From positions 31-64,030 of the forward strand of contig JBHGBF010000042.1 in assembly GCA_041946865.1 (NCBI GenBank): 64,000 nt of DNA, written 5' to 3'. Position numbers and translations under genes: made by a program. This DNA is from Acidobacteriota bacterium. Its GTDB lineage: Bacteria; Acidobacteriota; UBA6911; RPQK01. This document shows, in pieces, positions 45,683 to 55,064 of the stretch (the stretch's first letter is position 1; the number at the start of each line of letters is the position of its first letter). The notes below the pieces were generated by a model. The model saw nothing but the letters and a program-made list of their open reading frames with translations. It ran no database searches and was not told the DNA's origin.

Positions 45683-47233
45683 TCACGCGGCGGCCGTCGA
45701 CTGCCTTCCGGTCTTCAGGAGTAAGTTGCCGACGATGATACCGGCGACGATACCGATGGCAGCGCCGATAGCCATGTATTCAAGCAGCAGCTGGCCCGAC
45801 AGGCGAAGCATAATGCCGAGCGCCCACCCGGTAAACGACCCGAGGATCAGGCCGACGAAACCAAACCCGAGGAATGAGCCGAAGGAGTACGGTTTCGGAT
45901 GGAGCAGGTCGTCCTGGTCAACCGACTTCAGCTTGGGCGCCAGCAGGTGTATGACCAGCAGGGCGAGGAGGTACAACGGACCGACGGCAAAGAAGATGGG
46001 CATGTAGTTTCCGTTTGTGCTCTGGAGGATGTAGCCGGTGATGACCGCCATCGTCACGCCGCCGAATGCGCCTGCCATGCCGCCAACGCCAACCACCGAG
46101 CCGACCGCACCGCGCGGAAACATGTCGCTCGTCAGAGTAAAGATGTTCGCCGAAAATCCCTGGTGCGAGGCCGCGGCAATCGAGAACAGGATCACGGCCA
46201 GCCAAAGAGACTCGGCGTACGGCATGAGCATGATGGGCAAAACGGTCAGGGAGCAGGTCAGCAAGCCGATCTTGCGGGCGGCGTTAACCGACCAGCCGCG
46301 CTTGATGAGGCCGGAGGAGAGCCAGCCGCCGCCAATGCTCCCTATGTCGGCGACGACATAGATGACGATCAGCGGAAGTCCGACCGTCGAGAGGTCCACC
46401 CCGTGCTTGTCCCTGAGGAAGCTCGGCGCCCAATAAAGGTAGAACCACCAGACGGGGTCCGTCATGTACTTGCCGATGGCAAAGGCGGAGGTCTGCTTAT
46501 GTGGCAGCAGCTGAATCCAGCGCCACTTCTGCGGTGGGTCAGGCGGGTCGGACTGGATGTAGGCCAGCTCGGGCTTCTTCAGCTTCGGGTGCACTTCAGG
46601 CTTCTGGTACATCGGGAGCCAGAACACCAGCCAGAGAAACCCCAGCGCGCCTGTGAGGATAAACGCCCACTGCCAGCCCCAGTGGATCGCAATCCAGGGG
46701 ACCGTCAGCGGTGCCACGACGGCGCCAACGTTCGTGCCGGCATTGTAGATTCCCTGGGCGAGGGCCCGCTCTCTTTTGGGAAACCACTCGGCCACCGTCT
46801 TGACCGCGGCCGGGAAGTTCGCCGCTTCGCCTAATCCAAGAGCCGCGCGGGCCATGCCAAATCCGAGCGGAGTGCGGGCGAGCGCATGGGCCATGCCGGC
46901 GAGACTCCAGATGGTCAACGCCATGGCGTAACCGATCTTGGTCCCGAACCGATCGATCAGACGCCCGGAGATCAGCAGTCCAAGCGCATAAGCCGCGTTG
47001 AAGGCGGCCACGATGTTCCCGTAGTCAATTTCCGACCAGCCGATGATCTTCTGCAGATCCCTGGCGAGGATACCGATCACTTGCCGGTCGACGTAGTTTA
47101 TGGTGGTGGCAAAGAACAGCAGCGCGCAGATCACCCAACGGTAATGCCCGACGCGCTCCATCACCCGTGCCCCAACCGATACGGGGCTTGATTGAAAGGA
47201 TTGCACTGAAGCCTGATCCTGGTTTTCATCCAT
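45683..47233 (-). CDS. MFS transporter (hexuronate/anionic-sugar transporter-like)
   Basis: 516 aa, 12 transmembrane segments, with N-terminal 'INYVDRQVIGILARDLQ' typical of the ExuT/ACS-family subgroup. Confidence 0.75.
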   Translation of the reverse strand: MDENQDQASVQSFQSSPVSVGARVMERVGHYRWVICALLFFATTINYVDRQVIGILARDLQKIIGWSEIDYGNIVAAFNAAYALGLLISGRLIDRFGTKIGYAMALTIWSLAGMAHALARTPLGFGMARAALGLGEAANFPAAVKTVAEWFPKRERALAQGIYNAGTNVGAVVAPLTVPWIAIHWGWQWAFILTGALGFLWLVFWLPMYQKPEVHPKLKKPELAYIQSDPPDPPQKWRWIQLLPHKQTSAFAIGKYMTDPVWWFYLYWAPSFLRDKHGVDLSTVGLPLIVIYVVADIGSIGGGWLSSGLIKRGWSVNAARKIGLLTCSLTVLPIMLMPYAESLWLAVILFSIAAASHQGFSANIFTLTSDMFPRGAVGSVVGVGGMAGAFGGVTMAVITGYILQSTNGNYMPIFFAVGPLYLLALLVIHLLAPKLKSVDQDDLLHPKPYSFGSFLGFGFVGLILGSFTGWALGIMLRLSGQLLLEYMAIGAAIGIVAGIIVGNLLLKTGRQSTAAA

Positions 47234-47272
47234 AGCGTGTAAGGATAAGTCAAGCCGGACAGGCGCGTCGAG

Positions 47273-47331
47273 GTAACCGCTCAGTTTTTTGTTCGGAGTG
47301 TGGCAGCAACGAGGAGAGAGGCCGGTGCTTT
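47273..47331. repeat. REP/MITE-like element copy C (right-arm module only)
   Basis: 'gtaaccgctcagttttttgttcggagtgtggcagcaacgaggagagaggccggtgcttt' is ~97% identical to 58828-58886. Confidence 0.75.
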
Positions 47332-47349
47332 ATCAGTCGAGGATCTGCC

Positions 47350-47967
47350 TTGAAAAAGAAAAGTGGTATCGAAGAGAAGTTTTATCCCCCTGATCTGGAC
47401 CTGGCTGAGGACCTGGACGATGACGAGATATTCCGCCAGGCGATGTCCGGGGTGACTCCTTTGCCGGAGGGGGCGGCGAAGGTACGGGTCAGAAAAGGGA
47501 CGGACAATCACACGGATCGGGCGGGCGCGGAATCATCTCCTGAAGAGGGCGAAGATCCGGCGCAGGTTTTCCTGCGCGCTGTCCAGCAGGCGAACGACGA
47601 CGAGATCTTCCAGACGAACGAATACGTCGAGGGTGGCGCCCAGGCCTGGGACACCCGGCTCTTAAAGAAGTTGCGGGAAGGCGGGTTCGCCGTTCAAGCG
47701 GAGCTGGACCTTCACGGGTTCAGCCAGAGGGAAGCGGTTCAAAAGCTCGAGGAATTCGTCCAGGATTGCTGCCGGCGGGGCTTCACCTGTGTTCGGATCA
47801 TTCACGGCCGGGGCAAGAACTCTCCGAGCCCGGTCCCTGTCTTGAAGAACGGGGTGGAACGCTGGCTCTCGCGCCGCCGCTCCGCGCGGTTTGTGGCTGC
47901 CTACACCTCGGCCCGGCTGGTGGACGGGGGCGGCGGGGCCATGTACGTTCTGCTGCGCTGTGGGTAA
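47350..47967 (+). CDS. Smr-domain protein
   Basis: C-terminal Smr domain 'ELDLHGFSQREAVQKLEEFVQDC…RIIHGRGKNSP…LKNGVERWL'. TTG start. 205 aa. Confidence 0.7.
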   Translation: MKKKSGIEEKFYPPDLDLAEDLDDDEIFRQAMSGVTPLPEGAAKVRVRKGTDNHTDRAGAESSPEEGEDPAQVFLRAVQQANDDEIFQTNEYVEGGAQAWDTRLLKKLREGGFAVQAELDLHGFSQREAVQKLEEFVQDCCRRGFTCVRIIHGRGKNSPSPVPVLKNGVERWLSRRRSARFVAAYTSARLVDGGGGAMYVLLRCG

Positions 47968-47975
47968 CGCGGGCG

Positions 47976-48242
47976 TTACCTGGCCGGCTGCGGCGGCTTC
48001 TTGATTTCCTCTTTCAAAAACACTTTGAGCCGGTTCTCCAATTCAAGGGGGATCTGCACGCGCTGATCTTTAAGCTGTCCCGCCAATTCAGAGCATTTCC
48101 GGTATGACTTTAGAAAATGGATGCAGGGAGGACAGGACTGAAGGTGCTCGTCGAGGCGCTGGTAGGTCCGTGTGTCGAGATTGCGCTCGATGTAGTCCAT
48201 GAGCAGATCCACGCAGTCTCTGCAGCTGATATCGCCTTTCAT
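47976..48242 (-). CDS. Zinc-finger anti-sigma factor (ChrR/RsrA-like)
   Basis: 'CRDCVDLL…H…CPPC' HxxxCxxC-type zinc motif. 88 aa. Immediately downstream of, and overlapping, the ECF sigma gene. Confidence 0.65.
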   Translation of the reverse strand: MKGDISCRDCVDLLMDYIERNLDTRTYQRLDEHLQSCPPCIHFLKSYRKCSELAGQLKDQRVQIPLELENRLKVFLKEEIKKPPQPAR

Positions 48243-48841
48243 ATGGTGTCCTCGAAGTAATGAGCGAGCTTTTCCCGGACAAAAAGGCGGGCTCTATGAA
48301 TGCGGGTCTTGGTGGTCGGTTCTTTCAAACCGAGAAGAGATGAAATCTGTTTAATCGAATAGCCTTCAATATCCCTCAAGACCAGGGGAACGCGGTACTC
48401 GAAAGGGAGCGCCTGAATGGCGTCGTAGAGCTCGCCGCCCAGTTCCCGGTTGAGCATGACTTCTTCGGGATCGACGCTCCACCCGAAAGGGGGATTGACG
48501 TACTGACCATCGGTCGTGAACTGTGGAAGCGAGTCATCCAGCTGAATCTCCCGTTCGCGTGCGGCGCGGTACTTGCGCAGCCACATGATCGAATTGTTGA
48601 CCGCGATGCGCTTGATCCACGGCCAGATATCGCTTTCCTCGCGAAAAGTCTCTATCTTCCTTATTATCTTGAGAAGCGTATCCTGGAGAATCTCTTCGGC
48701 GTCCGAAGGGTTCTTGGTGTAGTTGAGAATAACGCCGAACAAAGGTCTGGAAAACTGATGCACAAATTCATCGATGGTATCCGCGTTCTGACTCTTGAGG
48801 CCCTCGATGATCTGGTGCTGATCCATTTCTCTAGTGGTCAT
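48239..48841 (-). CDS. ECF (sigma-70 family) RNA polymerase sigma factor
   Basis: Sigma-2 region 'FSRPLFGVILNYT…DAEEILQDTLLKI' and a sigma-4 HTH 'YSIKQISSLLGLKEPTTKTRIHRAR'. Start set at the internal ATG with an AAGGAAG ribosome-binding site. Confidence 0.8.
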   Translation of the reverse strand: MTTREMDQHQIIEGLKSQNADTIDEFVHQFSRPLFGVILNYTKNPSDAEEILQDTLLKIIRKIETFREESDIWPWIKRIAVNNSIMWLRKYRAAREREIQLDDSLPQFTTDGQYVNPPFGWSVDPEEVMLNRELGGELYDAIQALPFEYRVPLVLRDIEGYSIKQISSLLGLKEPTTKTRIHRARLFVREKLAHYFEDTI

Positions 48842-48961
48842 CTTCCTTCTTGTGCCTCGCTTAATACGATACATCAAAACCCCCAGCTGGCGAAACCGAG
48901 GCAGGAACCGGGAACGCCCGGCCCGATTGCTTTTAAAATCCTGGATTGGTAGGATTTTCTC

Positions 48962-51601
48962 ATGGTCTGGGCATCCCTTCTGCTAGCTGTCGTGTCGCTT
49001 CTCCAGCCGCAGACGGGAGCGCGGCGCCCGGCCCCGGGGCCACCCAAGCCGGCTGCCCCGCCCGCCTATCTTCGAGCAATCGAATCTCGGGTTGACCAGG
49101 GAAACATGGCGCGGATTGTCCTGCGATCCGGCCTGGTGCTCCTGGTGGAAGAACAGGCAGCCGATCCGCTGGTCGCGGTGCAGACCACGATTCAAGCCGG
49201 AACGGCGGATGAAGGGCCGGACAAGGGCGTGGCGGCGCTGCTGGCCCGCCTTCTGCTCAGGGGCTCCGGCTTTGCCGACGGGGTGCAAAAGCTGAGCGGC
49301 ACCGCCCGCATTCAAATCGGCCCATACAGCACGGTCTTTTCCTCGGTCGCCCCGGTGGACAATCTGCCCCGGATCCTCACGCTTCACTCGGAGCTTCTCA
49401 CTTTTCCCAAGCTTGCCGACCCCATGGTGGCTCGCGAAAGGCAGCTGCTCCAGGAAGAGCGGCGCCGGGAGGGCAGCGCTCTCGAACTGGTAAGGCGCCG
49501 GCTGTCGGGGAAGGCGGAGCCGGACGCCGGCGACCAGCTCGACATGGCCCGGCTGCGCGCCTTCCATCAGCGCCACTACCGGAAGCCCAATGCCATCCTG
49601 GGAATAGTCGGCGGGGTTATCCGGGAACAGCTCCTGGAGAAGGTGGTGGAGCTTTACGGCAGAGGCCGGGCTGCTCCTGAAGAGAGAAAAGTGGCGGGCG
49701 AGGCGGCTTTGGCTGGTTTCTCCTATACCTTTTCCCAAGGCAAAGTCAGCCAGCCGTACGTCTTTCTGAGATACAGGGGCCCGGGGCGGACCGATCCAGA
49801 CTTCTATCCGTTTCTCCTCGTCGCGTACGCACTCGGACAAGGAGCTGATTCAGCCTTCGGAACCGCGCTCCAAAGCGACGGAAACCTGGTTCTGGCCGAA
49901 GCCTCCAATCCCGCCTTTACTGAAGATCCGTCGCTCGTTGTCACCCTGGTCCCCGCCGAAGGGCGCATCGATGCCATGGAAGTTGAGACACTGGCCAGGG
50001 CGGATGTGATTCGCCTGCACGGTCTGAACGAAGACCAGCTGGAGGCGGCCAAAGCGCTTTTCTTGACCGACTTTTATTCACGGCTGGCCACGATGGAAGA
50101 GCGCGCCTGCGCTCTGGCGGTTGACGAGTTGCTGGGGAAGGGTCTGGATCGCGACGCAATTCCCCGGCGTATTGCCGCGGTCGGGATGGAGGACATCAAG
50201 AGGGCGGCTGCCCGCTATCTCGGCCCTGCGAATCTCGCCATCGTTGAGCTGCTGCCGGAAAGCGCGGAGGCCCGGACGTTTACGCCTCAGAGCTACCAGG
50301 AGATGCTGCGCACCCTGCTGCCTCCCGCCGTCGCCAAGCTGACGGAAACGAAGGAGCTGGCCATTCGCGCCGAAGGGCCGTCGTTGGGGCCGACCCTTTC
50401 TTTTAAACCGAAATACCTGAAGTATGAGCTGAAGAAGACGTCCGTGGTCCGCGGCCCCGACATATACTACCAGGAAGACCGCTCAGCTCCGCTGGTGCAC
50501 GTGGGACTCTTCTATCCCGGCGGCCGCTTCAAGGAAAGCGCCGGCAAACGGGGAATCACGCAGGTGATGCTGGAGGCCGTCGTCCGGACAGCCTTACGGG
50601 CCAAAGGAAGAGCGGCGGCCGGGGACCTTGATCAGATCGGGGCTAAGATCTCGATTGTCGATGAACCAGACTTCTTCGGTTTTCAGGCGGTCGTTTTGTC
50701 GAATCATCTCGATGAGTTGCTCCGGACGCTGATTGAATGGGTGCGCCACGTGCAGATTGAAGAGACCGACGTGAACGCGGCCCGGGAGAGCGTCCTGGCC
50801 CGCCTCCGTCTTCAGCAGGATCGGAACGAGGTGATCCCGGGCGCCCCGATCTGGGAGGGCCATCCCTACGGCGCAAGCCGCTACGGTACCGCCGATGACC
50901 TGCAACTGATCGATTTGGCGGCAGTTCAGGAATGGCGGAAGACGCAGATCGGTGAGACGCATCCCTTGATCCTGGTCCGGGGGGACGTTCAGGGGACCTC
51001 TTTCCTGGAGCAGTTCGTCTCGGCGTTAAGTGATCGGCGTCTGAAGCCGGCCGAGGTCCAGCCGCCCGAGGAAGAGCCCAAACCAGCCGTGGCCGCGGCT
51101 GAAGCAGGCCCCGGGGCCTTGGCCTTTGCGGGCCCCGCCCGCAGGAGCCGCGATGAACGAATCCTGCAGGTCGCGGAAGGCTTGCTGGACGGCCCGGGCG
51201 GGCCGCTGGTCGAGGAGCTCTGGGAGAAACAGGGTATCGCCTTTCCTGTGGACTTCTCGCACCGCGCCTATCTCCAGGGGGGTGTGATCTGCGTCCATTT
51301 CGAGGCGCTGGGCGCCCGGGAAGCCGAAGCACGGCAGGAGGTGTTGAAGAGTTTCCAGGCGCTTCAGAAGGAACCACCGCGGCGTGATCTCTTCATGGCC
51401 GCCGTGTCGCGCTCCATTGCCCGCTTTTACCTGAGACGTCAGGACGTGGATTCTTTCTTGAGGGGACTCGCACTCCATATTTTTGCGGGGGGCGACGCGG
51501 GCCTCGAAAGCGAGTTCCTGGGTGCGGTCAAGGAGCTTCAGCCCGAGGACGTGCAGCTTTTCGCCCAGACATTTTTCGCCGAGCCCGGAGGTACACAGTG
51601 A
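48962..51601 (+). CDS. M16 (insulinase/pitrilysin) family protein, two tandem M16 folds, no HxxEH zinc motif
   Basis: 879 aa with a signal peptide and M16-type architecture in both halves. No H-x-x-E-H occurs anywhere in the sequence. Confidence 0.6.
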   Translation: MVWASLLLAVVSLLQPQTGARRPAPGPPKPAAPPAYLRAIESRVDQGNMARIVLRSGLVLLVEEQAADPLVAVQTTIQAGTADEGPDKGVAALLARLLLRGSGFADGVQKLSGTARIQIGPYSTVFSSVAPVDNLPRILTLHSELLTFPKLADPMVARERQLLQEERRREGSALELVRRRLSGKAEPDAGDQLDMARLRAFHQRHYRKPNAILGIVGGVIREQLLEKVVELYGRGRAAPEERKVAGEAALAGFSYTFSQGKVSQPYVFLRYRGPGRTDPDFYPFLLVAYALGQGADSAFGTALQSDGNLVLAEASNPAFTEDPSLVVTLVPAEGRIDAMEVETLARADVIRLHGLNEDQLEAAKALFLTDFYSRLATMEERACALAVDELLGKGLDRDAIPRRIAAVGMEDIKRAAARYLGPANLAIVELLPESAEARTFTPQSYQEMLRTLLPPAVAKLTETKELAIRAEGPSLGPTLSFKPKYLKYELKKTSVVRGPDIYYQEDRSAPLVHVGLFYPGGRFKESAGKRGITQVMLEAVVRTALRAKGRAAAGDLDQIGAKISIVDEPDFFGFQAVVLSNHLDELLRTLIEWVRHVQIEETDVNAARESVLARLRLQQDRNEVIPGAPIWEGHPYGASRYGTADDLQLIDLAAVQEWRKTQIGETHPLILVRGDVQGTSFLEQFVSALSDRRLKPAEVQPPEEEPKPAVAAAEAGPGALAFAGPARRSRDERILQVAEGLLDGPGGPLVEELWEKQGIAFPVDFSHRAYLQGGVICVHFEALGAREAEARQEVLKSFQALQKEPPRRDLFMAAVSRSIARFYLRRQDVDSFLRGLALHIFAGGDAGLESEFLGAVKELQPEDVQLFAQTFFAEPGGTQ

Positions 51602-52659
51602 AGTTCGCGATCATGGCCGGAGGACAGGGAACGCGGTTCTGGCCGCTCAGTCGGGAGCGCCGTCCCAAGCAGTTTCTGGCGATCACCGGCGCACGAACCA
51701 TGCTCCAGGAGACGGTAGCCCGGCTGTCGCCGCTGGCCCGCATGGAGGATGTCTACGTCGTTTGCGGACGGCAGTACGTCGATCTGGTCCGCCAGCAGCT
51801 CCCGGAGCTTGGCGACGGGCAGTTGGTTGTCGAGCCGGTCCCGCGCAACACCGCTCCCTGCATCGGCCTGACAGCCCTCCACTTGAGACGTACTGTGGGC
51901 GATACTGTCATGGCCGTGCTGCCTGCCGACCACTCGATCGGCCGGCTAGACGAGTTCCACCGGGTTCTTGTGCAGGCGGCGCAGCTGGCCGAACAGGGGT
52001 GGCTTGTCACCTTCGGCATCGAGCCGACCTTTCCATCGACCGGCTACGGCTACATTCAACGGGCAGGGCAGATTGCCGAGCAGGAGGGAAGGGCATCCTA
52101 CAAAGTCGCGCGATTTACCGAGAAGCCCCCGCTCGAGCAGGCCATACGGTTCGTCTCGAGCGGCGAGTATTACTGGAACAGCGGCATGTTCATCTGGACG
52201 GTTGAGACGATCATGGAGCAGTTCAGGCGCTACATGCCGGAACTGCATCAAATCCTTCTCGAGATTGAGGCGGACTGGGACAACGCCGAAAGACGCGAAG
52301 AGCTGTTCTCGCGCGCTCCTCGCCTCTCCATCGACTTCGGGGTCATGGAGAAGGCTGAAAAAGTAGCGACGATCCCTTGTGCGTTGGACTGGAACGACGT
52401 GGGGAACTGGCGGGCCGTCGAAGATCTCCTTTGCGAGGACGAGAGCGGGATCGCTGCGAACACGCCTTGCGTCCAGTGGGACAGCCGCGACTGCCTGGTC
52501 CATTCGGCTTCGGGCAAGCTGGTGGCCCTGGTCGGCGCCGAAGAACTGATCGTGGTTGAGACGCCTGACGTCGTGCTGGTCTGCCGCAAAGACAAGGCGG
52601 AAGACGTCAAGCAGATCGTTGAAGAACTGAGACGCAATGGCCCGCCGGAGTATCTGTAG
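51598..52659 (+). CDS. Mannose-1-phosphate guanylyltransferase (GDP-mannose pyrophosphorylase)
   Basis: 'MKFAIMAGGQGTRFWPLSRERRPKQFL' canonical N-terminus plus 'VLPADHSIG'. 353 aa. Confidence 0.8.
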   Translation: MKFAIMAGGQGTRFWPLSRERRPKQFLAITGARTMLQETVARLSPLARMEDVYVVCGRQYVDLVRQQLPELGDGQLVVEPVPRNTAPCIGLTALHLRRTVGDTVMAVLPADHSIGRLDEFHRVLVQAAQLAEQGWLVTFGIEPTFPSTGYGYIQRAGQIAEQEGRASYKVARFTEKPPLEQAIRFVSSGEYYWNSGMFIWTVETIMEQFRRYMPELHQILLEIEADWDNAERREELFSRAPRLSIDFGVMEKAEKVATIPCALDWNDVGNWRAVEDLLCEDESGIAANTPCVQWDSRDCLVHSASGKLVALVGAEELIVVETPDVVLVCRKDKAEDVKQIVEELRRNGPPEYL

Positions 52660-52916
52660 CGTGCGGGATATCCCTGGGGATCGCAGGCGTCCTGCCTGCT
52701 TCAGCCCGTAAGAGACCACCGACAGTGCCGGCGGCGGTACAAACAGGCAGAAGGCCTGGCAGGATGCCTGCCGCTTCGGGGAGCCCAAGGCCACCACGGG
52801 CAGCGGTGTGATTCAGGGATTGCCCCCACGGCCAGGACCGTCTTGCGCCTGGTCGCTTCGGATGGTAAAGTTTAATGTTTTCAAATGATTCAAGATGAAC
52901 GGGGAGTGGCGCTATC

Positions 52917-53987
52917 GTGATCGAGATGCTGGACGACCTGGTGCACCTGAGTGAACTGGACGAGCGGGGAATCCTCAATATCCTGGCGCGATTTGACCGG
53001 CAGATCGAAGAGGCGCTTCACATTGGCCAGATTGCTGATCTCCCCGCGGATGCAGGTTCAATCCGCAACATCGTCATTTCCGGGTTGGGAGGATCGGCGA
53101 TCGGCGGGGATTTTCTGCGTGGCTATCTGGGCAGATCCCTACGACTGCCGATGCTGGTCAACCGCAGCTATTCCGTGCCCGGGTTTGTGGATGAATCGAC
53201 GCTGGTCATCCTGTCGAGTTATTCCGGCAACACCGAGGAGACAATCTCGGCATTCGAGGAGGCCAGGGCGGCGGGCGCCCGGCTGCTTTGCATCACGTCG
53301 GGCGGACAAGTGGAGAGGATGGCTGAGGCGGCTGGCTGTCCCTGCATCAAGATTCCTACAGGGTACCCACCTCGAACGGCTCTGGCGTACTCCGCCATCC
53401 CGATCCTGCAGGCGTTGACCCGCCTGGGCCTCGTGGCTGATCATTCAGAAGAAGTCAGGAACTCGATCGCCTGGGTCAGACACAAGATTCAGCTTTTCGC
53501 CCCCGAGTGCCCGTTTGCCGAGAATCAGGCCAAGGCCCTGGCTCGAAGCTTGTACCGCAAGGTCCCTGTTATTTACGGGAGTCAGGATCGGTTGGACGTC
53601 ATTGCTCTTCGGTGGCGCTGCCAGGTTTCTGAAAACGCCAAGCAGCTGGCCTATTCAGCCTCGCTGCCCGAGATGAATCATAACGAGATCGTAGGCTGGA
53701 AACACCCGGCGCCCGGCCTTCGGCAACTTCTTCCGGTATTTCTGAGGGATCGGGAGGATTATCTCCGCATACAGATACGAGCGGAAATTACCAGGGAGAT
53801 GCTGGCCGATCGCTCCGGGGCTGTTCTCGAATTCTGGACCGACGGCGAAACCTGGCTCGAGCGCCTTTGGACCCTGGTTTTGCTCGGCGATTATGCGAGC
53901 GTCTATCTGGCCTTTTTGAACCAGGAAGACCCTTCACAGATAGACGCGATTGAAGGATTGAAAAACCGTTTGAAGGAATCCGCCTGA
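52917..53987 (+). CDS. Bifunctional phosphoglucose/phosphomannose isomerase (SIS domain, PGI/PMI family)
   Basis: SIS motif 'IVISGLGGSAIGGDFL', a second SIS half, ~356 aa. Confidence 0.7.
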   Translation: MIEMLDDLVHLSELDERGILNILARFDRQIEEALHIGQIADLPADAGSIRNIVISGLGGSAIGGDFLRGYLGRSLRLPMLVNRSYSVPGFVDESTLVILSSYSGNTEETISAFEEARAAGARLLCITSGGQVERMAEAAGCPCIKIPTGYPPRTALAYSAIPILQALTRLGLVADHSEEVRNSIAWVRHKIQLFAPECPFAENQAKALARSLYRKVPVIYGSQDRLDVIALRWRCQVSENAKQLAYSASLPEMNHNEIVGWKHPAPGLRQLLPVFLRDREDYLRIQIRAEITREMLADRSGAVLEFWTDGETWLERLWTLVLLGDYASVYLAFLNQEDPSQIDAIEGLKNRLKESA

Positions 53988-54181
53988 AAGAAACGAAATC
54001 AGGAGGTGGAGACGGGATAAGGAAACCGAGAAGCCCGCAGCCAACAGGCAGTCAGAAGTCATAACAAAAAAAGAGGTGAGAAATCGGGGGGAAGGCGTCA
54101 GAATAGGGGAGGAATCACGATCATGGAGTTGCTTTTATTTCATTTTGACTCCTGATTCCTGACTCCTGGGGAAGAAGCACC

Positions 54182-55003
54182 ATGCCGAGCTACCACGTCC
54201 TGGTGATGAGTGACGGAACTGGGGAAACCGCCTATCGGATGTTGAAGGCGGCCATGGCTCAGTTCCAGGAAGACGTTGTCATTACGCGCTACGCCAATAT
54301 CCGGGAAAGAGAGCAGATTCGGGAGATTCTGCGAGCTGCCTCCGCCGCTGCTTCGGAAGACACTCTGGTTGTCTACACGTTCGTCGGTCCGGAGCTGCGG
54401 TCTTTCCTGAAAGGGCACGCGGACGAGGAAGGAATCCAGTCTGTTGACCTGCTGGGGCCTCTGATGGATTCTCTGGCCGGTTTCTTTAAGAAACCGCCGG
54501 TGGCCAAACCCGGTCTGCTCCACCGGGTCGATGAGGAGTATTTCAACCGCATCGACGCCATCGAATATGCCCTCAGACATGACGACGGAAGGTCGATCAA
54601 GGATATCGGGTCGGCCGACCTGATCCTCGTCGGTGTCAGCCGCGTCTCGAAGACTCCGGTCAGCATCTATCTCGCACAAGAAGGCTGGAAAGTCGCCAAT
54701 GTGACAACGGTCCTCGGAATGAAGCCGCCCAAGGAGCTGTTCGAGGTGGACCAGCACAAGGTGGTGGGGTTGACCATCGATCCGAGCCGGCTGATGGAGG
54801 TCCGGACCGAGCGGCTCAGACAGCTGGGTGTCAACGACAGCAGCTATGCCGATCTGGAGCGGGTCAAAGAAGAGCTGGCCCATGCCGAGAACATCTTCAA
54901 ACAGAATCCCTTGTGGCCGGTAATCGATGTGACCGGGAAATCGATCGAAGAAATCGCCCAGGATATCCTTGATAAGGTGATCGGGCGGGGCCGCAAACTT
55001 TGA
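54182..55003 (+). CDS. PEP synthetase / pyruvate-phosphate dikinase regulatory protein (PSRP, DUF299 kinase-pyrophosphorylase)
   Basis: 'HVLVMSDGTGETAYRMLKAAMAQF' N-terminus and the P-loop-like 'LVGVSRVSKTP' typical of PSRP/YdiA. Confidence 0.8.
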   Translation: MPSYHVLVMSDGTGETAYRMLKAAMAQFQEDVVITRYANIREREQIREILRAASAAASEDTLVVYTFVGPELRSFLKGHADEEGIQSVDLLGPLMDSLAGFFKKPPVAKPGLLHRVDEEYFNRIDAIEYALRHDDGRSIKDIGSADLILVGVSRVSKTPVSIYLAQEGWKVANVTTVLGMKPPKELFEVDQHKVVGLTIDPSRLMEVRTERLRQLGVNDSSYADLERVKEELAHAENIFKQNPLWPVIDVTGKSIEEIAQDILDKVIGRGRKL

Positions 55004-55064
55004 GCCGACGAATCACACGGACAACTGAGGCCTGATTCGTGCTGTTCGTCTTATTCGCCGACTT

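Noticed and set aside
47281-47511. 76-aa ORF and the 79-aa ORF at 58835-59074 sharing the C-terminus '…KAPASLLVAATLRTKN'
   Set aside because: The shared peptide is just the translation of the 59-bp repeat module (copies C and B) on the opposite strand, not a conserved protein.
54130-54160. Nine-codon upstream ORF (MELLLFHFDS) as a leader peptide for PSRP regulation
   Set aside because: Pure speculation from one ATG with a nearby purine tract. No attenuator structure is evident, so it is mentioned only inside the purine-rich spacer finding.
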